DNA from: Octopus sinensis
Taxonomy: Eukaryota
Length of the DNA: 14,621 nt
Reading direction: 5' to 3'
NCBI RefSeq assembly: GCF_006345805.1
Contig: NW_021825783.1
Location: forward strand, 1-14,621
Shown here one piece after another: positions 1 to 8,754 of this stretch. The notes beneath the pieces are model-generated. The model had not been told where the DNA came from and did not search any database. It saw nothing but the letters and a program-made list of their open reading frames with translations. Positions within the stretch are counted from its first letter, which is position 1. Every line of letters starts with the position of its first letter. The position numbers were made by a program, and so were the translations under genes.

Positions 1-130
1 CGGCTAAAGAAACCGATAGAATAAGTACTAGGCTTACAAAGAATAAGTCCTGACGTCGATTTGCTCGACTAAAGGCGGTGCTCCAGCATGGCCACAGTCA
101 AATGACTGGAACAAGTAAAAGAGTAAAAGA
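1..130 (+). mobile_element. 3' part of octopus-type tRNA-derived SINE (family A), cut by the window edge
   Basis: Matches 13196-13330 of the full copy in this window, including GGCGGTGCTCCAGCATGGCC and the GAGTAAAA tail. Confidence 0.9.
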
Positions 131-787
131 CGTCTTCATTGTATTCTAATTTCAGTCATTAATTTCAACACCTGAGTATGTTTTTGTTGCGGCACAATAC
201 TACAAAACGTGGCCGGTTGTGTGATTTACTTGGTGGCTCAATGTACAAACACAGTTTAAATCAGAAAAAAAAAACAGAAATAAAATTTGATACTATAAAA
301 CCGCAGTGTGAGTTAAATAAGAATGTAAACACATTCTTACTATACTACAAATAAGCTAAAGAAAAATCAAGAGAACGCGGTTCATTATCTTTTTGTCTTC
401 TCTTCAGAGTTTATTTAACCGTCTTCCTCCCTAAACCGCACATAAATTAGCGACGGAGGAACGACGGACACACACTTACAGGCATATTGAATATATTTAT
501 CTGAAAAATTTCATACACATTTTATATGTAAGCAGGTTTTGTCTCTACAGCTGTTCCAAATGATCGCTAAATAGTTGATGTAAAAATGCAAGCTATGTAT
601 ACAGGTATAATAAGGAATCAAGATTAACGATAAACATATAGATATCGACTCGCACGAATCTTACTTAATACGTGAGTACTTCTGGAATACCATACACTGT
701 TTAGGAAGTTGGAGTTTTTAAATTCGATCCTTCTGTGCGATACGTAGAAATTTTCTAGTCCACGCTTACACTAGGATTTCCCAGCCT

Positions 788-790
788 CTG

Positions 791-853
<63 letters not shown>

Positions 854-888
854 TTGGTGTGTGTGTGTGTGTGTGTGTTTGTGTGTGT
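788..888. repeat. (TG)n microsatellite
   Basis: Direct reading; it explains the HT/CV ORFs at 766-999. Confidence 0.98.
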
Positions 889-1110
889 ATAGCGGAGCAA
901 ATACAAATAATAAAACACGACAAAAATCCACGAGACGTCAGAGTTGATGTTATTTGGCTGACACACAAAAGAAGTCACAGAGCAAAACTTGTAGGGTAAA
1001 AGTACGACGTTTTGGACATAGGTCTTTCATCAGATACAAGATAAAAGTCCAGAAGAGAATGGGAAGGGAATAAAATGAGGAAACGAAATACAGCAATAGA
1101 AGAGAGACCT
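889..1110 (-). mobile_element. Possible Penelope-like element terminal remnant carrying a decayed minimal hammerhead motif
   Basis: Minus strand 1037-1002 reads GTAT-CTGATGA-A-AGAC-CTAT-GTCC-AAAACGTC-GTAC, two G>A changes from a minimal hammerhead of the kind described in PLE termini. Element boundaries are guessed from the flanking microsatellites. Confidence 0.4.
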
Positions 1111-1139
1111 GATAACATGAACATGGGCTAGGTTCACAT

Positions 1140-1500
1140 GTCTATATACATGCATACACACGCACACACTTAAGTATGTATATATATATATATATATAAT
1201 ATACACTCTCATACATATACATATTTATATGTATATATATATATATGTGTATATGTATATATGTACATATATATGTGTGTATATATATAATAGTATGTAT
1301 ATATATATATGTATACATATATGTATATAGATATATACATATATATCTATATGTATATATCTATATCTTTTATAAACTTTAATACTTTGTAGATAAATAA
1401 AAAAATAATTAATTAATTAATTAATTAATAAAATAATATATAAGTATAAAAATATACATACATACATATATATATATATATATTTGTTATATATATAAAA
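1140..1500. repeat. Compound (TA)n/(TACA)n/(TAAT)n microsatellite and AT-rich field
   Basis: Direct reading. Confidence 0.95.
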
Positions 1501-1615
1501 TTTATAAGTTTAAATGTTTAAATAATTTTTTAATTTTAACTTTTATATTTTTAATTAATTTTATGTATGGCTTATGTTTTTCACTGTTTGCTAATAGTGT
1601 TTTTATCTCGAATTT

Positions 1616-1676
1616 AGGCGGTGCCCCAGCATGGCCACAGCCTCATGAGCTGAAACTGGAATCAATCAATCAATCA
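1616..1676 (+). mobile_element. SINE 3'-tail fragment with (ATCA)n tail
   Basis: AGGCGGTGCCCCAGCATGGCCACAG...CTGAAACT resembles the family A 3' end (13272-13312), followed by ATCAATCAATCAATC. Confidence 0.75.
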
Positions 1677-2019
1677 TACTATAAAATTGGATTTAATCCT
1701 AAATCTCATTTTCCCCTGTAAGTTTGGATTTTTCCCTAATAGTATTATTATATTATATATATATATATATTATATATATATATACAAATATAATATATGT
1801 ATATATATAGATATCGTACCTGCGCACCTTTACGTTTCAGAAGGGTATGGAACTGCTTCTGGAAATTTCTTCACCAGGAGACAGGCTTGGCCGCCGAAGA
1901 TTTTCTTTACAAAGAACACCAGCAGTCGGCCATATATGGAAAATTGAACCTCATGCAGCCGCATAAGTTATTACCAAGAATTGAGACCATAAACCGATAC
2001 GAATTGACGCGTATTTTGT

Positions 2020-2112
2020 TAAGGCATCCTCCAGTGCAGTCTGAACGCCAGGATCCAGACTAAGAGTGCAAAAGGCCTGTACGATGTTTTACAACTTCGC
2101 TAATTTGCCGCC
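2020..2112 (-). mobile_element. Highly degraded tRNA-like SINE head
   Basis: Minus strand begins GGCGGCAAATTAGCGAAGTTG (A-box-like TAGCGAAGTTG) and later has GTTCAGACT (B-box-like). Weak similarity only. Confidence 0.3.
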
Positions 2113-2124
2113 TTCGAGTGATAT

Positions 2125-2235
2125 TATTATATCTATCGATCTGAAGAGGATGAAGAGCAAAGATGACCTCGGCTGGATTTGTATTTTCGGGTACAAGGAA
2201 CCGAAACTAGTAGGGTAAGGCATTGTATACAACGC
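2125..2235 (-). mobile_element. Degraded SINE of the same type as 8478-8634
   Basis: ATCGATCTGAAGAGGATGAAGAGCAAAGATGACCTCGGCTGGATTTG aligns to ATCGATCCCGAAAGGATGAAAGGCAAAGTGGACCTCGGCGGAATTTG at 8585-8631. Confidence 0.7.
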
Positions 2236-2249
2236 ACTGACGAAAAATC

Positions 2250-2553
2250 ATACACACACCAAACACACACACACACACACGAAACACACGTACAAATAGT
2301 ATCTAATATTCACATGCATATATATATATATATATCCCCAAACATACACAACACTTATACTATATCTATATATATATGTATATATCTGTATCTATATATA
2401 CATATATATATATATGTATATATATATAATATATATATATTATATATGTATATATATATACATATATATATGTGTATGTATATATATATAGATATCGATA
2501 AAAATACAATATATATATACATACACACACACACACATATATATATATATGTA

Positions 2554-2585
<32 letters not shown>

Positions 2586-2775
2586 CACGAGACTGAGAGA
2601 GAGAGAAGCGTGTCTGCTCGCATGAACCAGGCTTGCATATACCACCTATTAAACAAAGTACATGGTACTTCTGTAAATCATACATCTATTTATTGTTCTG
2701 TATGTGTGTGCATGTGTGTTTGTTTGTGTGTGTAAACTAAATGTATATATTCCACAATCACAGACATATACCCTG

Positions 2776-2830
<55 letters not shown>

Positions 2831-3205
2831 CCGTGCATATATACACTTTTTATATATTATATACATTCTTATTTATCCGGCTTTATACGTATATACATGT
2901 ACATACAGATGCCAACATGCGTGTGTATATATGTGAATCTGGGTTAGAACTAGAATGTGCATCTATTTACGTGCGTGCGTGTGTGTGTCACTAATCTACA
3001 TAAGAGAAAATGTGATTTATGAAGCAGCCATTCGTCGACTATTAGAATCACGTAGTTATCAGTTTTCGATGCCACAACCAAATGAAATAAAAAAGAAATT
3101 TATTGAATTATATACATTATATATACATGTGCGTGTAATATATGTAGACAAGTATGTATATGCATATATGTGTATTAGTCTATGTACGTATATATGTAAT
3201 TATAA

Positions 3206-3259
<54 letters not shown>

Positions 3260-3368
3260 TATATATATAATATATCTACACCAATAACAAATATATATAT
3301 TATGTATATGTAAACTTATATACATTCATAAAATGATAGATATATGTAGATGTATATATGTATGTTTA

Positions 3369-3413
<45 letters not shown>

Positions 3414-3630
3414 TCCTGCAAGTACATATATGCTCACACATACACATATTCATATATATACATGTATGCACGCATGTATACACACACTCATACACATTTA
3501 CACTCACAGATACACAGACGCATATATATATATTTATTTATATGTACAAATGTGTATATTTTTTTATTCATGTCTGTGTGGCGACACTAGTGCAAACCAA
3601 TACCCACATAAACAGATTGTATATAGATTG
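2250..3630. repeat. Extended field of compound (TA)n/(CA)n/(TG)n microsatellites with short unique islands
   Basis: Direct reading; it produces the IY/YI/HT/CV ORFs in the track. Confidence 0.95.
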
Positions 3631-3689
3631 AGACGGCGAGGGAGATATTCGATGGGGGATGTGAGAATGGCTGAACGATGGGGGTGTAT

Positions 3690-3750
3690 TAGAGAGAGAC
3701 AGAACGAAAGAGAGAGAAGAGAGAGAGTGAGAGAGAGAGAGAGAGAGACT
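3690..3750. repeat. (GA)n microsatellite
   Basis: Direct reading. Confidence 0.95.
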
Positions 3751-4062
3751 CTAAATATATTATTGTTGTATATATGTTCTTAGAATGCAGACAATGTGGA
3801 CGAGTAAGATAATGAAAATATTGAGGGCGTTAGGGAAAGGAGAGAGGCTAAAACGAAAGTGAAAGTAGTTATATAGAAAAGGAAAGAGAAAAAGACGAGA
3901 GGAAGTATGTGAGAATTTGCAAGGGAATAAAGTTGTTGTTGGTGTTGTTGTTGGTGGTGGTGGTGGCGATGTTTAGGCCTAGGTCAATTTTGAATGACCA
4001 GTGCAACTATTAGTAGCATTGCAACCATCGCTGTAATATTTTTAGGGATGTTATATACATAT

Positions 4063-4399
4063 ACTCTTTTACTTGTTTCAGTCATTTGACAGCGGCCATG
4101 CTGGAGCACCGCATTTAGTCGAGGAAATCGACACCAGGACTTATTCTTTGTAAGCCTAGTACTTATTCTATAGGTCTCTTTTGCCGAACTGCTAAGTTAC
4201 GGGGACGTGAACACACCAGCATCGGTTGTCAAGCGATACTGGGGGACAAACACAGACACACAAACATATATACACACATACATACATATATATATACATA
4301 TATACGACGGGCTTCTTTCAGTTTCCGTCTACGAAATCCACTCACAAGGCATTGGTCGGCCCGAGGCTATAGTAGAAGACACATGCCCAAGGTGCCACG
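4063..4399 (-). mobile_element. SINE family A, 5'-truncated (tRNA head missing)
   Basis: Reverse complement of the 12923-13344 copy from about CGTGGCAC to the AAAAGAGT tail, with an internal (TA/CA)n. Confidence 0.92.
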
Positions 4400-4434
4400 T
4401 AAGAGAGAAAGAGAGACAGACAGACAGACAGAAA

Positions 4435-4598
4435 GGTACATGCGTGGCTGTGTGGTTAGAAGCTTGCTTGTCAACCACATGCTTCCGGGTTCAGTCTCAC
4501 TGCGTGGCACATTGGGAACAGTGTCTATTACTATAGCCTCGAGCCAATCAAAGCCTTGTGAGTGGATTTGGTAGACGGAAACTGAAAGTAGCTCACCG

Positions 4599-4674
<76 letters not shown>

Positions 4675-4860
4675 ATTTGTGCGTCTGTGTTTGTTCCCTA
4701 CCTGTTGGTGTGTTTATGCCCTCGTAATCTAGTAGTTCGGCAAAAGACACCGAAAGAATAAGTACCAGGCTTACAAAGAATATGTCCTGGGGTCTATTTG
4801 TTCAACTGAAAGCGGTGCTCCAGCATGGCCGAAGTCAAATGACTGAAATAAGTAAAAGAA
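4435..4860 (+). mobile_element. SINE family A, full length
   Basis: A box TGGCTGTGTGG, B box GGTTCAGTCTC, body, internal (TA)n(TG)n, and 3' GCGGTGCTCCAGCATGGCC...AAGTAAAAG. Confidence 0.92.
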
Positions 4861-4901
4861 CTGAATATATATATATGTGTATGTGTGTATATATTATATA
4901 T

Positions 4902-4960
<59 letters not shown>

Positions 4961-5000
4961 CAGAGAGAGATGGGGCGAGACAGAGAAGGAGAGAGAGATT
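4861..5000. repeat. (TA)n then (GA)n microsatellite
   Basis: Direct reading. Confidence 0.95.
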
Positions 5001-5140
5001 CGTACTTACACACACAGGCACATAGGATCTAGTTTATTTTTCATTCGCAAAATAGGCATTTTTTAAAAGACAGTAAAATATCTGAAAATCGGTTATAATA
5101 ATATAGTTTTCCAGTCTTATTGCTATGAAGGTGTGATGTC

Positions 5141-5200
5141 GTACAATCTTAAAGTTGACACCGCGTTTAGTGGATCGGTGTCAACTTTGAGGTTGTACCC
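5141..5200 (+). ncRNA. Isolated 23-bp hairpin, candidate pre-miRNA (alternative: collapsed MITE/foldback)
   Basis: GTACAATCTTAAAGTTGACACCG (5141-5163) pairs with CGGTGTCAACTTTGAGGTTGTAC (5176-5198): 21 Watson-Crick and 2 U-G pairs, 12-nt loop. Confidence 0.3.
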
Positions 5201-5446
5201 TGTGAAATTTATAGTTTAGCGTCTGTGAAATGACCTCTTCATTGTAGGTTCCTGAATAAACAGAAATACCTAATAAAATCAACATGTGTCATCTTGCTGT
5301 TTTTTTTGTCCCCTCATTCTTTGTATCTTTTTATTATTATTATTATTTTAATTTGTTATATTAATATATTTGTATATTTTTATGCATGTGTTTACTTTAT
5401 GTGTTATTCAGTATTATGTATACCTGTCATGTATTTGTGTACATCA

Positions 5447-5832
5447 TCTCTCTCTATATAAACGGCAGTTTGTCTGTGCGTGTTTCTGTGTGTCTGTCAG
5501 GTTGTACCCTCACCCTGACCACGGCTTTCAACCGATTCTGATGAAACTTGACACACACATAGCCCAATGTCATAATTCAAAACTAACGCAGCGAAAATTT
5601 TGAAAAGTTCCCCCAGTTCTGAAAAAAAATCGATAAATTCGACATGGGGTCGAGAATCAGGAACACAAACCACAAACTGTGTAGGGGACGCAACCCCACC
5701 TTTTTTAACTATCAAAAAAAAATTTACCATCATTTTTTTCCATTTTTTTGCTATTTTTTGGCTATAAATCTCTAAAAATGCTTTATAGTTATTTCCCTTA
5801 CAAACCTGAGCAACGCCGGGCGATACTGCTAG
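5447..5832 (+). mobile_element. Non-autonomous Helitron
   Basis: A|TC 5' start, 3' CTAG|T end, and GC-rich hairpin CCTGAGCAACGCCGGG (5805-5820) 12 nt before the end. The 3' ~115 nt are shared with 6424-6818. Confidence 0.85.
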
Positions 5833-6077
5833 TTAATAAATAAATGCATGTATTTGTGTTTGTGTGTGCGTGTGCGTTTGTGAAAAGGGGTCGTCTGTTT
5901 CCCAAACTCCAAAGTTGAGTAATGTTTCCATGCTTGGATTTGTAAACTACGATAAGAATAAAACTGGTCAGCAAAGAATTTTTCCCAAGAAAAAGAATAC
6001 CAGTATTTTAAACGTTTTGCATGCAGAATTTAAAAAACAATGTCAAATTATCTGTAGTAGGTTCATATGTACCATTC

Positions 6078-6331
6078 ACCTACATGGCTTAGTGGTTAGA
6101 GTAGCGGACTCGCAGTCGAAGGATCGCGGGTTCGAATCTCAGACCGGGCGACGTGTGTGTTTATGAGCGAAACACCTAAGCTCCACGCCGCTCCGGCAGA
6201 AGGTAATGGTGAACTTCTGCTGATTCTTTAGCCACAACACTCTCTCACTCTTTCCTCCTGCATCTTGCAGCCCACCTGCAACGGACCGCCACGGAAACCG
6301 GGAAACCGGCCCTTATGGCTCGAGAAGGAAC
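6078..6331 (+). mobile_element. tRNA-derived SINE of a second family (CORE-like body)
   Basis: A box TGGCTTAGTGG (6085-6095), B box GGTTCGAATCT (6129-6139), non-tRNA body. The anticodon stem does not pair, so it is not a tRNA gene. Confidence 0.8.
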
Positions 6332-6423
6332 CTACATAATGCCACGAAACTGTATAAACAGCGCAAATAACTTTTGCTATATATGAAAAATATGTAAAAT
6401 ATGAAGACAACTGACAAAAGATA

Positions 6424-6818
6424 TCTTTATATATAAAAGTCAAGTTGTGTGTCTGTCTCCTACGATTTAGATTCCTAACTACTCCCACATTTTGAGGTGC
6501 AGTTTAACCAAAAGCGGGTATCTTATAGTCGTGATTCATATCGAGCCCTTCTGGGTATTAGCGTGCGTCTACGATGAGTCTACGATTTTAAAAATAATTT
6601 ACCATAATTTTTTTCCCATTTTAATGCATTTTTTCGCTATTATTTAAGGGAAGTAACTCTCTAAAAATGTCTACGATGAGTCAACGATTTAAAAAAAATT
6701 ACCATCATTTTTTTTCCATTTTTAATGCATTTTTTTGCTATTTTTAGGCCATAACTCTAAAAATGCTTATATGATTATTTCCCTTACAAACCCGAGCAAC
6801 GCCGGGCGATACTGCTAG
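6424..6818 (+). mobile_element. Non-autonomous Helitron with an internal ~100-bp tandem duplication
   Basis: A|TC start, CCCGAGCAACGCCGGG hairpin (6791-6806), CTAG|T end. Duplicated units start at 6567 and 6669. Confidence 0.85.
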
Positions 6819-6939
6819 TCTATAATAAAATTTTAATCGATAAATATAATTTTTTATTGTAACAAAACACGCGGGTGAAGTAAAGCTCGTGGTGTGAAGA
6901 ATCAACAGAACGGACAGGTGAAACGCGACACATCGTGCG

Positions 6940-6953
6940 GTTATCATGGTAAC
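6940..6953. promoter_or_regulatory. Candidate RFX X-box motif
   Basis: GTTATCATGGTAAC fits RYYNYY-WW-RRNRAC and is one mismatch from GTTRCCATGGYAAC. It lies in a CpG-rich unique patch. Confidence 0.35.
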
Positions 6954-7045
6954 AAGATGTTAATGCCTGCTTGCATCGATACATCGAAATTGAAATCAAT
7001 CTGAGCGAAATTAAGGGGGGATTATTTTGCAAATGTAAAAGACTA

Positions 7046-7215
7046 GACCTGGCACCACACACACACACAACACACACACACACACACACCACACACACAC
7101 ACACACGCATATATATATATATGCGGTACTCCAGTATGGTCGCAGCTCTCGGAATCAAACTAGTAAAAATATATAAGGATGTATATATATATATATATAT
7201 ATATAGATATATAGA
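7046..7215. repeat. (CA)n/(TA)n microsatellites enclosing a degraded SINE tail fragment at ~7123-7170 (+)
   Basis: GCGGTACTCCAGTATGGTCGCAG resembles GCGGTGCTCCAGCATGGCCGCAG. Confidence 0.75.
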
Positions 7216-7244
7216 CACATTCTTTTTATATCCTTTTTTCTTTT

Positions 7245-7416
7245 ATTCTTTTACTTGTTTCAGTCATTTGACTGCAGCCATGCTGGAGCACTGCCTTTAA
7301 TCGAACAAATCTTTTGCTGAACCGTTAACTTACACCAACATCGGTTATCAAGTGATGGTGGGGGGAGGACAAACACTGAGACACAGACACACACACGCAT
7401 ACACACACACACACAG

Positions 7417-7447
<31 letters not shown>

Positions 7448-7608
7448 AACACACACGCATACATGTATATACATATGAATAAATATATACGATGGCTTCT
7501 TTCTGTTTCCGTCTACCACATCCACACTCAAGGCTTTGTCTATAGTAGAAGACACTTGCCCAAGGTGCCACGCTCTGGGATGAACCCGGAACCATGTGGT
7601 TCGTAAGC
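7245..7608 (-). mobile_element. SINE family A with internal deletions, A-box end missing
   Basis: Collinear with the reverse complement of 12923-13344, but lacks ~50 nt after GAACAAATC and ~12 nt after AAGGCTTTG. Confidence 0.88.
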
Positions 7609-7780
7609 TAAATAGACGAACATTAAAAATAGCAATACCAAACATCAAGTGGCCGTGCACAAGTAATGTGTTAGTTTGACCCTCAGTAAATGGGAGACAT
7701 TTCGGGCATAAGCTCTTGGTGGGAAAAAAGGAAAAAGGGTAAAGTCTAAAGCAGAAAAAAAGTCACTCCAGCATATATAT

Positions 7781-7913
7781 GACAGGCTTCTTTCAGTTTC
7801 TGTCTACCAAATCCACTCACAAGGCTTTAGTCGGCTCGTGGCTATAGTAGAAGACACTTTGCCCAAAGTGCCACGCGGTGGGACTGAACCCGGAACCATG
7901 TAGTTGGTAAGCA

Positions 7914-7914
<1 letters not shown>
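7781..7914 (-). mobile_element. SINE family A left arm only
   Basis: Runs from the B-box region to GAAAGAAGCCTGTC and then (TA)n; no right arm follows. Confidence 0.88.
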
Positions 7915-7944
<30 letters not shown>

Positions 7945-7946
7945 TA

Positions 7947-8086
7947 CGACGGGCTTCTTTCAGTTTTTGTCTACCAAATCCACTCAGAAGGCTTTGGTCG
8001 GCCCGAGGACGCTTTCCCAAGGTGCCCCACAGTGGGACTGAACCCGGAACCATGTGGTTGGTAAGCAAGCTACTTACCACACAGCC
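7947..8086 (-). mobile_element. SINE family A left arm only, with tRNA head
   Basis: GGCTGTGTGGTAAGTAGC...GAAAGAAGCCCGTCG on the minus strand, followed by (TA)n and then another left arm. Confidence 0.88.
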
Positions 8087-8477
8087 AAACATTTTTTTTT
8101 ACATGACATAAAAACAAACATTATAAATATATGTATATAATAAGAGAGAGGGAGTGAAAGGAGGAGGAGGTGGAGGTGGGAGCGTGAGTGTCGCTGTTGG
8201 AATTTGTGTAATATAAATCAACGCGGGGAGTTGTTTTGTTTTCACTTTTTGCTTGTTGTTTTCTTTGATTTTATTTTGAGGTAATAAATATTTTTCTTTT
8301 AAAAATTAGTATTCATTTCACCATTTTGAGTAAACACCAAGAAATTTGATAACAGATAAATTATAATTATTTTTATGAATGTTATTTTTAAAAAATATAT
8401 ATATATATTACCTATAGCGGCAAAAACATGCTTCCAAATTTACCTGTAATACCCCAGTTAACACTCCAGTATATATA

Positions 8478-8634
8478 TGTTTCTATATTACTCACAAGGG
8501 GCTAAACACACAGGGGACAAACAAGGGCAGACAAACGGATTAAGTCGATTATATCGACCCCAATGCGTAATTGGTACTTAATTTATCGATCCCGAAAGGA
8601 TGAAAGGCAAAGTGGACCTCGGCGGAATTTGAAC
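8478..8634 (-). mobile_element. 5'-truncated SINE of a third family (Meta/Sauria-like central domain)
   Basis: Minus strand GTTCAAATTCCGCCGAGGTCCACTTTGCCTTTCATCCTTTCGGGATCGATAAATTAAGTACCA: a B box followed by a domain resembling, from memory, the conserved CCTTCCATCCTTCCGAGGTCG..AAAATGAGTACC domain. Confidence 0.75.
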
Positions 8635-8754
8635 AGCAAAGAAGATAGAATACAATACTTGGGCTTTCCTTTCCCAAAACATGTAAATTAATTATGAGTA
8701 ATTACTTTGCTGAAATTATATAAACAAGACTATTGGTTCTTGTTAGATTTACTT

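Noticed and set aside
1825-1883. Third hammerhead-like motif on the minus strand (CTGGTGA...GAAACGTA)
   Set aside because: A6 is mutated, stem II has only 4 bp around a 24-nt loop, and stem I starts with a mismatch. Too many defects to call.
2141-2211. CTGAAGA...GAAACTAGTA hammerhead-like spacing
   Set aside because: There is no real stem II over ~55 nt, and the sequence is explained by a decayed SINE.
2991-3120. Protein-like stretch RENVIYEAAIRRLLESRSYQFSMPQPNEIKKKFIEL
   Set aside because: Weak AAG acceptor, no good donor and no recognisable homology.
766-3783. Many 60-140 aa ORFs rich in HT, CV, IY and ER dipeptides
   Set aside because: They are translations of dinucleotide microsatellites, which lack stop codons in several frames.
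5538-5545. CTGATGA core motif
   Set aside because: It is not followed by a stem II and GAAA, and lies in the Helitron interior.
5864-6075. ORF segment MLGFVNYDKNKTGQQRIFPKKK...; possible DNA-transposon remnant
   Set aside because: No transposase motif, TIR pair or splice context that I can support.
6085-6150. tRNA gene
   Set aside because: A and B boxes are present, but the anticodon and acceptor stems do not pair and the sequence continues into a SINE body.
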